From the NCBI RefSeq assembly GCF_001194135.2, contig NC_069002.1, forward strand, positions 18,069,655-18,113,197: DNA of 43,543 bases, given 5' to 3'. The position numbers and the translations under genes were made by a program. The notes under the pieces are model-generated. The model was not told where the DNA came from. It did not search any database and was given only the letters and a program-made list of their open reading frames with translations. This document shows positions 13,080 through 26,274 of this stretch, piece after piece; position 1 is the first letter of the stretch, and each line of letters starts with the position of its first letter. The stretch comes from Octopus bimaculoides (Eukaryota).

Positions 13080-13480
13080 AATTTGGGGGTGAGGTTCCAG
13101 GACAATGGAGATAGATAGATGGATTCTTACAGTTGACATGGAAGAAAGAAACCAGGCATTTGAACACAGGTACTTCAGAAGGCTGCTATATATAATGCAC
13201 ACAGAGTACAAAACAAACAACTTTGTCAGGCAGCAAGTCAACAAATATGATGGCAAACCGGAATACTCCTTGTGCAGGTAAAAAGATGAAAGTTTGCCTG
13301 GCCCAATCATGTATCTTGCTACAACTCCTTGTCCAAAACCATCCTTCATGGCACAGGTGAGAGAAACAGAGAAAATCCTAGTCTAACAAGTACTAGGCAG
13401 GTCTGTGACCCAGTAACACTTGATATAACAGAAACTAGAAGGTGAGACAGACTGTAAAAACATCTAGAGTGGCACCCCAA
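13080..13480 (+). mobile_element. Fragment of a second, older RTE-like LINE family (ORF2 C-terminus)
   Basis: Translates to QAFEHRYFRRLLYIMHTEYKTNNFVRQQV, resembling the AFE..C.RR.L.I...EH.TN..V motif of BovB-type RTE C-termini. Confidence 0.55.
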
Positions 13481-13526
13481 CAACTGACAGCATAAGTTAA
13501 GAGTACTTGATTTTTATGATATGCAC

Positions 13527-13562
<36 letters not shown>

Positions 13563-15149
13563 CGCGCACTGAATCTGTGAATTGTATTTACTGGTGTATA
13601 ATGCAAGAAATTTAATACAAAAATCAAGATCAAATTTGTGCGAAGGAGGAGTAACATTATACTCAAGTAAAAAAAAAAAGAACGAATAAAAATGCATCAC
13701 TGACTTTCCAGTACAAAACATAAGAATTGCACGATATTATTTGAGACCACACTGTACTTGAATAAATATGGCAGCTGTGCAACCAACTTATGAGTCATAA
13801 GGTTGTTCAGGTCTAATTGAAGTTGCACCACCACTATCAAAGGTTCAGCCAACCATGAAGCGTGCTTACTTCTCAAACTAGATTAACCAGATGAAGATTA
13901 GTATCTTTAACTCTTTTTGAATTTATATGTGTGTGTGTGTGTGTGTAAAGTATGTGTGGCTTCTTGCTTGAAATCATGTGATGATTGGAAACAAGTGTCA
14001 CATCCTACATGCAGTGTCCATTTCCAATCTTTTGTAGAAACATGTTTGACCATGGGGAAATATATATATTGCTTGGAAACAGGTGAGGGCTCATGACAAG
14101 AAGAGCATCAGGACATAGCAAACCTGCCACAGTGAATCAATGAATTCCATCTGACGCATGCAAACATGGAAAAGTGAGCATTAAAATGATGATGATGATG
14201 AAATAATAAAACCATATTTAGAATAGTGACAAAACTGAAATGCTTATCATTACTGTTTAACACCCATTTTCCATGCTGGCATAGGTTGAACACTGAAAGA
14301 TCAACAACAGCCACTACCACCACCATTTTGTCAACTTTCCATGTTGGCATGGGTTGAATAGGTTGTCATGCCCAGAGTCAGTCCTTATTTGAAACTCTTG
14401 CTCTCTTAGACAGGTTGGAACACAATGTCTCATTCATAGATTTCCTTTGTGGCATGGTTTCTACAGCTGGATGTCCTTCCTAATGCCAACTGTTTTATAG
14501 AGTGTACTGGATGCATTTTATCCTGGCCCCAATATTAGAGAGGCTGTCATTTCTTTGAGAAGACTAAAGAGCTCTCTTGACCCTGTGGGGTCTGTTCTAT
14601 GCAGTGTCATCAAATGAATAAGAGGACCAATGACAGCAGGATCAGTATGAGTGGGTGAAGTGAGCAAGGTTACAATGGGAAAAACATGATTGGAGCAGAG
14701 AGAGAGAGAATGCTAAGAGTAATTGAAAACAGACAGTAATGGTAGCTACATCTGTTGGTGAGAGAGAGAGAGAGATAAGCAATAGTAAGAGAGAGTGATT
14801 GATGTCTAGTAGTTAGGGGAAAAGTATAGAAATGATGATGTGAGTGTATCAGATACAAACACATCTGCTAGTGTCCAGGTTAAACAAGTGACATGGTGCA
14901 GTGGATAGGAGAGAGGATGAGTGATGGGCAGATGAATGATTGAGAGCATTGAGAGACTGAGAGATGAGTGACAGAAACAATAAAGACAGGGAGCATCAAG
15001 GATGAATGAGATGTGTGGATATCAATAAAGCAGGGAGGGAAGAAGGAGAGACAGATGGAAGCTTAACAAGGATACAGTAGGAGAGAGACCCAAATAAGAT
15101 ATGTCAATACAACCCTTTCAATAGGTTTTATTTATCTAGCTCTGCATAT

Positions 15150-15650
15150 CACCAATCATCATCATCTTTTGTTATCTCTTTCGAGACAGTATCAATTCAT
15201 CACTTCATCCCATGCCTTCCTACATCTCCCTCTTCTACAGGTTTCATCTACTTTGAAAGACTTGCACTTATTTATACAACTGACATCATCCAAACTCATT
15301 ATATGCCTGTACCAGCACAGTCTTCTCTCATGCATACTATAATACCTTTTATATCCAAGATTTTATCTCAGCTCTCTTGTGCTCTGTCATTTATGCACAA
15401 ATAACATTACACATACAGTAGAGCATGCTCAATTTATGTCATTTTAGTTTTCACAAAACCACTGCATTCAAAGCCCATGTCTCACTACTATGCAGAACTG
15501 CAGTACATAACAAGAATCATACAATCCATTTTTCACAGTAAGAGAAAACCTTTTGTTGCCAACAATATGATTAGCTCCCTGAACTCCCCTAGTCACTCTT
15601 CTTGCTGTTATAGTCTCAGAACAGTCACTTTCACTGTTAATTAGGTCTGT
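15150..15650 (-). mobile_element. Old RTE LINE 3' fragment
   Basis: Degenerate matches to the other RTE copies (agcccatgtctcactactatgcagaactgc, tttcacagtaagagaaaaccttttgttgcc). Confidence 0.55.
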
Positions 15651-16317
15651 TTAGTAACAACAGCTGTCAATAATTTCTAGCGAATTAAGAGCAGTTTTTT
15701 GTTTTGTGTTGGTAAAATATTTCATTAGCCTTTTTGTTACTATATTTCTAATCAAAATACATCCCTTAATGTATTTCAGTTAAATTCTAAAATAATCATG
15801 AATTTAGACTGGTTTCATATAACATCTATAATTTTTTTATTTATTTATCAACATATGTAATTTTTGGAACACAACTTAACAAAGGGTTCTTAAATCTATT
15901 GCATAATTTTTGTCTCAAAGTGACTCTCATACAAGTAAATATAAAATTATTTCAATTTTGTTTACACATCACCATAGAAAATGGGATATATGATATTCAA
16001 TTGGGTTTACAGCAAAACTTAAATATAGATGAATCATGTACATTAATGAATTATCAGTTGAACTTAAGACAGGAGTAGCAATTAAAGTAATAATAGAATG
16101 AAATACTGGAATATATCTTCAAAGAAAACTAGAAAGTAAAATACATACACCAAATAAATACTCAGAAACATATAACAACAACTCAGAATACAAATTACTC
16201 AAAATTTGTCATTCACTGTACAGGTAAATTAAAATTACAGGTAAATTAAAATTACAGGTAGAAAAAATAAAAACAAGGCAAATTTGAAAAAAATATATTC
16301 ATAAAATCAAATTATAC

Positions 16318-19300
16318 CATCATCATCATTTAATGTCCATTGTCCATGCTGGCACGGGTTTGAAGGTTTGATTGAGCTGGCATTCTGGAAGGCTGCACCA
16401 GACTCCAGTCTGATTTGGCCTGGGTTTCTATGGCTGGATGCCCTTCCTAATGTGAACCACTCTGAGAGTATAATGGGTTCTTTTACGTGCTACTGGTACG
16501 GGTGCCAATTTGCATGACAACGATATCTGCCATGACTGTGATTTTGCTCGGCTTGATGGGTCTTCTTCTCAAGCATGATATAATGCCAAAGGTCTTGGTC
16601 ATTGACTCTGTGAGGCCCAATGCTTGAAAGAAACTCAGTCACTTTGCCTCCATGAGGCCCAACTTTTCTACACTAGGTACAAGGCCAGAAATTTTTTGGA
16701 GGGGGGAGGTAGTCGATTAGATCAATCCCAGAACGCAACTGGTACTTAATTTATCGACCCCCAGAAGGATGAAAGGCAAAGTTGAACTTAGCGGAATTTG
16801 AACTCAGAGTGTAAAGACAGACAAAATACAGCCAAGCATTTCACCCAGCGTGCTAACAATTGAGCCAGCTTGCTGCCTTTCCATGAGGCCCAACACTCGA
16901 AAGGAACTCCGTGAGGCTCAGCATTCAAAAGATGTTCTTTATGTGCCACCAGCACAAGTGCACTTGGCTTGACAGGTCCTCCCAAGCACAACACATTGCC
17001 AAAGGTCTCAGTCACCAGTCATTGCCTCTGAGAGGCTCAAAGTTCAAAGATCATGCTTCACCACCTCATCCCATGTCTTCCTGGGTCTGCCTCTACCACA
17101 GATTCCCTCCACGATTAGAGATCAGCACTTCTTTACACAGCTGTCCTTGTCCATATGCATCACGTGACCATATCAGCACAGTCATTTCTCTTGCACACCA
17201 CATTTGATTCCTCTTATGCCTAACTTTTCTCTCAAGATTCTTACACTATCGAACATGCACATTGACATTGCACATCCAGCGAAGCATACTGGCTTCATTT
17301 CTTTCAAACCTACACAACTCCATGCTTCACTGTCATGCAGCATAGCTGTTTGCACACAGGCATCAAACAATCTGCCTTTCACTCTGAGAGTGAGGCCCTT
17401 TGTTGCCAGCAGGAGCTCTCAGCCTAATCTTATTCTCATAGCTATGTTCTTGGAGAATCCACCTCCACTACTAACTTGGTCACCTAGATAAAGGAAGCTA
17501 TCTACTACCTCTAGCTTGTCCCCGCTGGCAGTTGATGAAGTCTATTTTCTGCACATTTTCAGCATTTATTGTACCTGTGCACCTTCCACATACAAAAGTT
17601 AGTTTCCTTGTTAACCTTCCTCTGATATTACTGCACCTTTTGTGTGTCCAAAGCTTACACTGGGTGCATCTTATGGAGTTTCAACCTACACCTTTTCTAC
17701 AGATTGAGCAGGGCCATCTAATTGAAGGGTTTTGTGATTTGTCTGCTTTCCTACTTATTAAGACTTTGGTTTTTGCTAGGTTATCTACGGCCCTTTGATT
17801 CTAGACCTTGCCTCCATACCTGGAACTTCTCTAGTTCATGTAGTGATTCAGCTATAAGAGCAAGGTCATTAGCACAGAGGATCTCCCAGGGGCAGCCTGT
17901 CCTGGATTCCTCTGTTATTGCCTGAAGGAATATAATGAACAAAAGGGGGCTGAGCACCGATCCTTTGTGAACACCTACTTGTGCCCTGAATTCTTTGCTG
18001 TACTCATTGCCCACCCTCACCTTACTGGTAGCATACTTATACAAGGCTTGAACAGCTCTTATCAACTACTCGTCTATCCCCACTTTCCACATTGACCACC
18101 AGATAAGGGATCAAGGGACCCTGTCAAAACCTTTCTTCAAGTCAACAAAAGCCAAGTACAGAGGTTTATCTTTGGTTAGGTATTTCTCTTGCAGTTGCCT
18201 TATCAGAAAAATAGCATCAGTGGTGCTTCTACCTGGAACAAAACCAAACTGCATCTCATCTGGACTAACTCTCTCCCTAATTAGTTGGGCTATGATTCTC
18301 TCTGCAACTTTCATCACCTGATCCAACAATTTGATATCTCTGTTATTATTTCTATCACAGGCATCACCTTTACCTTTGTAGCAGTTAACTATGGTGCTAC
18401 TACATTGGGTATGACTCCTCCATGAATCAACTGATTTACAATACAGCTAACTAGACCATAACTTACACCACCAGATATTTTAAGCACCTCAGCAGTGATT
18501 CCTGAAGGATCAGAGGCTTTCCCTTTCTTCATATCTTTAATTGCTTTATCAGCCAGGGTACTGTCGATTCGGATAGCTGGTCCCTCAACTGGGTCAACAT
18601 TTGGCAGACTCGCCTCTTCCCAATCATTCTCCATGTTCAGCAGTCTTTCATAATGGCATCTCCAAGCCTCTTTCTTCGCAGAATCCTATGACATCACAAT
18701 TTTCTCTCACACACTGTCTTGCAATCTGAAATACTTCAGTCCTTTGGTCCTCATGACGCTGAATATTGGCAAACTACTTCTTTTCCGTTTCCCCCCTTGG
18801 CTAGATATACCTATCTCCTAGCTTCCCTTCTGGCTATCTGATATAGTTCCCTGCTGCCCCCACTCTTCCAGGCCTGTTTCTTTGTTCTAATGGCTCTGTC
18901 TACAGTATTGTTCCACCACTACGTTACCATAGGTCTGGTTGAGACTTTGCACCAGTCACAGATTTGGTCTGTGGTACTCAGCAAGCTGTCTTGCAGGAAT
19001 TCCCAGTTGCTCTCTATGTCACAAGTTTTGTAGCTTCTGTCTGTCTGTCTGTCTCTCATCAAATTTCTTGATGAGGATGTCCCTAAATCTCTGACCATAT
19101 GAAATGTCCTTAAGCTTCCAAGTCTTTCTTTTCCAGATTGGTCTGCTTCTTGGCATCCTTCTAACCTGGAGTCTAAAGTCACCAATGCCTAGTCTAAGCT
19201 GGGGGGGGGGGGTACATTCTTTACCAGGGAGACTCTTTGCATTTGAGAGCAACCATGCATCCTTCTGCCTGGTGAGAATGAAATCAATCTGGTTAGCAGA

Positions 19301-19530
19301 GTCACTCGAGTGATAGGTTATCAGGTGGCTGGCTGGCTTCCTGAAGTTGGTGTTGCAGATCAATATGTTATTTGCATCACAAAACTCCAATCGCCTTGTT
19401 CCCTCTTCGTTCTGGGAACCAATTCCATGGCCCCCATGTACACCGTGGAAGATACCAGGCTGCCGTCTGACATGCCCATTGAAATCCCCAGCCATGTAGA
19501 TGAGATCATTGTCACTCCTTTTATACTTGT
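16318..19530 (-). mobile_element. Longest RTE LINE copy: partial APE endonuclease, RT, 3' UTR and (ATG)n tail; decayed
   Basis: Endonuclease motifs MAGDFNGHV, LEFCDANNILICNTNF and QIDFIL (ORF 19019-19594). RT motifs QFGFVPGRSTTDAI, AFVDLKKGFDRVP, GSVLSPLLFII and a degenerate YADD (LCANDL). (cat)n tail at 16318. Confidence 0.92.
16664..16879 (-). mobile_element. tRNA-derived SINE inserted in the RTE 3' UTR
   Basis: Perfect 15-bp TSD tccatgaggcccaac at 16649-16663 and 16880-16894. B-box gagttcaaattcc. Same family as 27211-27427. Confidence 0.88.
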
Positions 19531-19619
19531 AACCACTGTAGCACATGTACATGTTGCCACAGCTTCTAAAACCACCACAAATTTGACCAAACAAAAAAAA
19601 AAACGTATAAAAATATATA

Positions 19620-20400
19620 CAACCCTGGATACAGTATGGAAGCGATCAAAGTTTGGTTCTCTATATGCTGGTGTACTGCTTGTTTCTCACTGCTCCAGTA
19701 GTTTGTAATTCTGGCAAGCTTTCTTATTCCCATAATAATATTAATTGCAAAAAATGCTCAGATTTCATCCAAGCATGTGGAGAAACCACAGACTGTCTTT
19801 TTAATCTCATTATTTATATTCTATATAACGATTTGTTTCTGCAGTAACTGTTTTGAACAAACTAAGAGGAAAAAATATTAAAAAAATAATTTAATGGTTT
19901 GTCTCCAGGGAAAGATTGTGACTAGGTCCTGTGTCTTCAGAAAAACCATGAAGAAGACCAGGTACAAATCTATTTTCTTTGTTGCTACCGGAGTTATTGT
20001 CAGAATTGCTGGTTTTATTTTCAGAAATTGAAATACGTGATTCATAATCACACACCACATGGTTTTTGTGTTCATCATCAATACCTGATTTTTCCAGGTC
20101 TTCTGTTGAAAATCATTCAAATTCTGATTTACTACTTGACAACATGAACCTGTATTCATTTGGTGTTGGTATAAAAATCAATGTAGAAAAAATTTTGGAA
20201 AAAAAAAATCCAAATAATGCTGGATACTGTAACTCAATTGTCTATGTAGTGAAATAACATGTTTTCATGATTGTGGTAACATGATTTGTGCTGAAATTCT
20301 CATTTAAATATAAATAGATTATCTTGGGTATGTACGGACTGGCTGGTAATATAAGCTCTTGAAGTTTTGGGGCATCTATAGGTGGTTAGTAACTAAAGGG
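19620..20400 (-). mobile_element. piggyBac-like transposon remnant (5' end and N-terminal transposase)
   Basis: Minus-strand frames give FSEDTGPSHNL, KPLNYFLIFFPLSLFKTVTAETNRY and MGIRKLARITNYWS, matching the piggyBac F..FF..L..IV.ETNRYA and MGI..LP...YWS motifs. The terminus ttga|ccctttagttac at 20404-20389 resembles TTAA|CCCT. Confidence 0.65.
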
Positions 20401-20537
20401 TCAATAATCCAAAGGTTGTCTATCATCTGTGCCAATCTTTTATCTTGGAGTTAAAATAACAATAGGAAATAGTGGAAGAAGAAGAAAACAAGAAAAAAAA
20501 GATTGTAGGGAAAGAAGTGAATTTAGAAAATCCTTAC

Positions 20538-20670
20538 CCTGTCCAGAGAAAGTTTCCAATAATTTATCACTAACTGGTTTACCATGTTGAGCAAAAGCAG
20601 TCAGTGCTAGAGCTTTGTAAATCCCACTTCGAGATAAAAATCCTGTTTTTATATCAACAGCATCCCAAAT
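20538..20670 (-). CDS. SNX8: SNX8-like coding exon 3 (second half of EH-like domain)
   Basis: Acceptor tctttgttag|ATT, phase 0, matching exon 2. 133 nt encoding IWDAVDIKTGFLSRSGIYKALALTAFAQHGKPVSDKLLETFSGQ+G, donor G|gtaagg. The junction TITQ|IWDAVD completes the EH-type S-x-LP-x-x-x-x-x-x-IW-x-x-x-D motif. Confidence 0.85.
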
Positions 20671-21244
20671 CTAACAAAGAGATGAAAAACATTATTAATA
20701 AAGAAAATCAAAATTTTATAAGAATTTGATCATTTCAACAGAATCAACTTAATAGAAGAGTAGTAAACTAAATGCCAAAAATAAATTCAGCACTGACCTT
20801 CTACATTCGGAGTTTTATTGAGAACTAATTTTGCATTTCATACCATCTACGGTTGATAAAATAAATACTAAGTCATAATGAGGTTCACTCAGTTAATTCA
20901 GCATTCTTCCTTGAAAATGTGTTGCCTTACAAAAAATCCTAATTGTCATCATCTTAATGGGAGAAATCATTTTAATGTCCACTTTTCCATGCTTGTATGG
21001 GTCAGCCAGTATTTAAGGAAACAAACTCTGGCTAGCTGCCCTTTCTACCACCAACCACCACCACCTGTTTGCAAGCCAAGTAATATATCTTTGTGGCTGG
21101 ACATGCTTTTACAGAAGAATCAAAACCAACAACACAACTTATATAATGGTGATGCTTGCTTAGAACTATAGAGATATAAACACACACCAAAATTATAATA
21201 ATGAATTCAAACGAAATGCATCCATTTCAAGTCTGCATAAAATA

Positions 21245-22065
21245 TCAGGTCATCCCATAAGTTCTGTCCGATTTTACCCTTTCTAAAATTGAATGAAATT
21301 TAATAGTATTTTAGAATGTCTAATGGAATTAAAAATTATTTTTATGCATTTGCGTACATTTAAACTAATTAAATATTATTTTACAGAATAATAGAATTAA
21401 AATTTCTTTGATTAAAACCCTTCTAACATGGAAGGATCCAAAGAGCATTTGGGGCACATAATGCTTTATGGATACAAAAAAAAGAAACTCTGCAGCCGAA
21501 GCAACTCAAAACATACACTCTGTTTATGGGAAAGAATGCATGAATGAAAGAACTTGCAGAAGATGGTTTGCAAAATTCAGAAGTGGAGATTTCAGCCTTG
21601 AAGATGAAGATTGAACAGGACGTCCAGTTGAGTTTGATNNNNNNNNNNAATAATGCTTAGTTTAAACCATACAACTGTTCATTGTCATCTTCAACAACTT
21701 GGAAAGGTTTCTAAACTTGGAAAATGGGTGCCTCATGAATTGTCTGAAAGCAACTGCAAATCCTGAGTTGACATCTGCTCTTCTCTCCATTCTTGCAAAC
21801 TCATTTCACCCTTTTTGGATAGACATGTGACTGGTGGCAAAAATGGATCTTCTATCGAAATGTTAAATGTCGTAAACAGTGGCTTGGTAAAAGGGAAAAA
21901 GCTCAACTACAACCGAGAAGGGAACTTCATGGGAAAAAGGTTCTTCTCTCTATCTGGTGGGATTGCAAAAGAGTAATTCACTTAGAATTGTTACCACCTA
22001 ATGCAACAATCAATGCTCAAGTCTACTGTCAGGAATTAGAGCATTTGAACCAAGCTTTGAAAAGT
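21245..22065 (+). mobile_element. Mariner element, 3'-truncated and decayed
   Basis: TA plus TIR-like tcaggtcatcccataagttctgtccg. ATG at 21428 (MEGSKEHLGHIMLY), then RWFAKFRSGDFSLEDE, LGKWVPHEL, HVTGGKKW and KKVLLSIWWD, with frameshifts and stops. Confidence 0.88.
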
Positions 22066-23037
22066 ATTCCTTTTCCACCCCACTGCACATCATTAATACT
22101 TCTCTCTCCCTTTTTTCTCTTGTTCTTCACCTGTACCTTCAGCTGACCACCTGACTATTTGGCCTAAGTGTATTAATATTAATCCCCTTTCTCTGCTTCT
22201 TCCTTCACTCCTCCCTCTCTCATGCCCACCTCTCTAATGTATAATGGGTGAACAAACAAGTAGATTATTATTTACATGTTTGTGTGTATACATGTATGTG
22301 TATATATAGATATATGTGGGTGTATGTGTATTTATGTATATATATATATATTTTCTTCTTCTATCAGCCCTTTCACACTTGTTTTGTTCATTCCACTCTT
22401 CATTCTTCCGTTCTCCCTCCCTCACATTTCATAGCTTTTTCTTCATGCTCACTTTCGTTCCTCTTCACTTCACTGTGTCCCTATGATTTTTTCTTGCCCC
22501 TCCTTATTTCTTCTGTCCCTCTGCCACTACCTCTCTCTTTTCTCCCCCCTCCCCCGTGACTGGTGTTCCGTCAAGCCTGACGTTTCTTTCTTGATTTGGC
22601 CATTGTCCGTGCAACATCTATATTCTTCCCTGTGCCTGTGAAATCTTGTATCCCTGCCATAAGGCTTTACTTCCACTCACACCAGCTTAATTCAATTCGT
22701 CCCTAGTCAAAAGACACCTGTTGTTATGTCCTGTTATTTGTATTTGTGTAACTTTCTCCGTTTTTTTTCTGTCCTTGTTGTTGTATACATTCACTGTCCT
22801 TCTTCCCCAAACATCGCGTCCTCCTTCCACAAACACCTGGAATCTAATGTTTCGAAGGAATCTAATTCTCTTAGCTTAGTTTTTCCTTGGGGCTGGCCAG
22901 ATTGGAGCAATCTCGAGTATAACCAGCTGAAATTGCAAAGATAATCTGGAACTCGACTGAGGAAAGAAAACCCCGAATGACTCGTCCTTGTTTTCTTTGT
23001 ATCGCCTATCTCAACGTTTTGCATTCTTGTCCCATTA

Positions 23038-23092
<55 letters not shown>

Positions 23093-23189
23093 GAGTACCT
23101 TATTATTTTTTCTAATATATAATTCCTGTACATCACCTCCAAACCATCTAATATATATATATATATATATGTATATATGGGAGAATATA

Positions 23190-23700
23190 CAAATAATAAC
23201 AACAGACGAGGACAGGTGGTGTAAATAACAAAAGGATATATTAGTATGACGCTCGGGAATACGGAAAGTCTTTGACGTTTCGAGCTACGCTCTTCAACAG
23301 AAAGAATACGGAGACAAGGAGAAAAACACGGAGAAAAAAAATTGAATAGTGTTCAGTCAACGGTCAATCATATGTATATATATATATCTACTTGGTGGTG
23401 TTGCCACTTCTGGTCAGGTGTATGTGGAAGGAGGACGCATACCAATGGTACCAGTCAGTATATGAACACAAAAACTGGAAGATTATTTGCAAATGCAAAT
23501 ATGAAATGCAAAAACAGAAATTTAATTTACTACATCAAATGCCCAAATTGTGAAGAGATATATGTTGGTCCAACTAGGAATGCATTATTGGAATGCTCAT
23601 GTGTGAACTGACAGCAAATTAGGGACCCTGATGTCGGTCAGATCCCTTTAAGAAACCAGCTGATTGAACAACTGTATCACAGACTCTAAGTCACTGTCTT
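23190..23700 (+). mobile_element. Penelope-like element remnant with GIY-YIG endonuclease fragment
   Basis: ANMKCKNRNLIYYIKCPNCEEIYVGPT fits the IY.I.C..C...YIG.T motif. The upstream gacgtttcgagctacgctcttc resembles a Penelope terminal repeat. Further possible fragments at 22540-23030. Confidence 0.65.
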
Positions 23701-24299
23701 TTTAGCTTTATATTTTATGGTCTAAGGAGAAAATAATTTTAATTCCCCGCTTTTCTTTCTTTCAGATTTTTTTGTTTTGTTTTCCAACCTTCCGCCTTTT
23801 ATATCTGTTTCTTTCTTGCCTTTTTCCCTTTTTTCTCTCATCCTATCGTCCCATTTTTAGTTTGTTATGCCATGTGGGCAGTGTCTGATGATTGTGCTAA
23901 GACACCAGATGCATTAAAAAAACACTGTTTGGCATGCTCTCAGTACATGAAACCAATAGTAGCACTTCTATACCTTTTATTATGATTGTCTTACAACATA
24001 CAGAAGATATCAATTGAAAGTCTTATTTATTTGGTCTATTTACATATTGTAAAGACACCCAAATGAACTCATTGCATAATATTCATTTGGATGACTGTGC
24101 CTTCAAATCATGACATCGGAGGAAGTAAATAAACTATAGTATTACTACATATCTCCATAAATTATGCCATGTACTACATAAAATTGTATGAATTACATAA
24201 CATTATTCATATAAGATATGGGATAAATGATAGGGAAACAGTTGTAATGTTAATTTGACTTCTTTATTTCACATATTCTCGTGTCTCTCTCTTTCACAA

Positions 24300-24720
24300 G
24301 TTCCATCCACTTTGAGTGAATGGTACATCTTTATAGAGCTGATAGCATCCATCTACCTCAATGACCAAACCAGTGCTGTCTTCTCTCTTGCATACAGCAT
24401 CTAATCCCTCTTATATCTAACTTCTTTCTCAATACACTAATACTGTCGCACATGTAAACTCACATAACACATCCAGCAGAGCATACTAGCCTCATTCCTC
24501 TCTAGCCTTCGCATGTCCTCTGCATTCAGGGTCCACATCACACCACTATGTAGAATTGCTGTTTGTATGCATGCATTATACAAGCTTCCTTTCACTCAGA
24601 GAGAGAAACCTTTCATAGTCAACAGTGGTAAAGGCTCCCTGAATTTTCTCCATCCTGTTCTTACTCTAGTTATTACATGCTCTGTACATCCTGACCCCTA
24701 CTAATTTTGTCCCCTAAGTA
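24300..24720 (-). mobile_element. Old RTE LINE 3' fragment
   Basis: Degenerate matches such as ctttcactcagagagagaaacctttcatagtcaacag and gcatactagcctcattcc to the other RTE copies. Confidence 0.6.
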
Positions 24721-24857
24721 GCAGAAATTATCCACGACTGCTAAAGAGCCTCCTGGGCATTTGAAAAAAATTGATTTCCTGAGTATCTGGAGTTTTTATA
24801 ACTCCTGCACATCTTTCCACAAACAAACACTCCTTTCTCTGAATTTATATATTTATA

Positions 24858-24923
<66 letters not shown>

Positions 24924-25039
24924 CATACACACGTTTATAAATTTGTGTTGCAAGATTCCTATTGTGAAACTGTGTTGAAACATTGTTGTAGTTCAGGATT
25001 GTCTTTCTTTTTCCCCCCCAAATAAATACAAGCACTATA

Positions 25040-26274
25040 CAGGGGTTGGACAAAATAATGGAAACACCTAGCATCATAGCATCATTATTTTGAAATATCT
25101 ATAAAGCCATCAAAAGCTTGTTTATTTTTATGCTTCTTGATATATTATTAGTGTTGCTTAATGTTTTGCTAAAATTGCTGGGGTTTTTCTTTCAGATATC
25201 ATCAGAAAAAGGTAATTAAAATACATTAAAATGACAGATCTATTGGACTTTCAAAGAGGTTAAATTGTTGGTGCTCGTATAACAGGTGCTAGTATAATGA
25301 AAACAACCAAAATGTTTGGTGTATCAAGAAATACTGTCTCGAAAGTAATGACAGCCTTTGGGAAAGATGGAAAAACCTCCTCGTCAAAGCAATACTCCAG
25401 AAGAAAACCAAAACTTTCAAATAGAAACTGTTGGACTCTTATGTTAAAATTACTGCAGAGCTTAATGACCACCTCAAGAATAGTTTTCACAAAAAAGTTC
25501 ACCGGGAGCTGCACAAAGCCAGATTTCATGGGAGGGCTGCAATCAAAAAACCATTACTTTCAAAAGCAAACGTTGCAAAGCTTTTAGAGTGGAGTAAACA
25601 CCTACAGAATTGGTCCCTACAACAGTGGAAGAATGTTATTTTCTTGGAAAATCATCCTTTACTTATTTCTAACCACCGTCTGAGGATACGTGTAGAGACA
25701 GCCAAAAGAAGCATTTGACTCAGACTGCCTTCTTCCAACTGTTAAACATGGAGGAGGATCTGTGATGATCTGGGGGACTATATCTTGGAAATCAGCCAGC
25801 CCAATGGTTTCCCTTCATGGTAGAATTAATAGTGAAAACTATTTAAGTATTTTATCTAACAAAATTCACCCTATGGTTGTGGAACTGTTTCCAGAGGGAA
25901 ACGAAATCTTTCAGGATGATTATGCACCAATTCACACAGTTAAAGTTGTTACTGAATGGCACGAGGAACATTCTAGTGAAGTTGAACATCTTATCTGGCC
26001 ACCACAGACCCCAGATCTCAATACTATTGAACATTTATGGAGCATTATAGAAAAACAGTAAGGAGTCGATATCCTCCAACATCATCACTACAAGAACTGG
26101 AGACTGTTTTAGCTGAAGAATGGACAAAAATTCCTTTGGAGACAATTCAAAAATTGTACAAGTCCATACTTAATAGAATTCAAACTGTAATTACTGCCAA
26201 AGGCAGTCCTACCCAATATTGAAATAAATTTGTTTGAAATTTTAAGGTGTTTCCATTATTTTGTCCAACCCCTG
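25040..26274 (+). mobile_element. Full-length Tc1-family transposon with DD36E spacing (Incomer/IC-like); ORF inactivated
   Basis: TA TSD at both ends and perfect 30-bp TIRs caggggttggacaaaataatggaaacacct (25040-25069, 26245-26274); 1235 bp. ORF from ATG 25231 to TGA 26222 has a TAA at codon 11 and frameshifts. TVKHGGGSVMIWG is present, and FQDD-YAPIH...WPPQTPDLNTI-E has 36 residues between D and E. Confidence 0.93.

Noticed and set aside
1-20537. SNX8 exon 4 (expected phase 1, continuing towards the PX domain)
   Set aside because: Scanning non-repeat minus-strand sequence by eye found no segment with both splice signals and fitting coding content. It probably lies beyond the window or in a gap.
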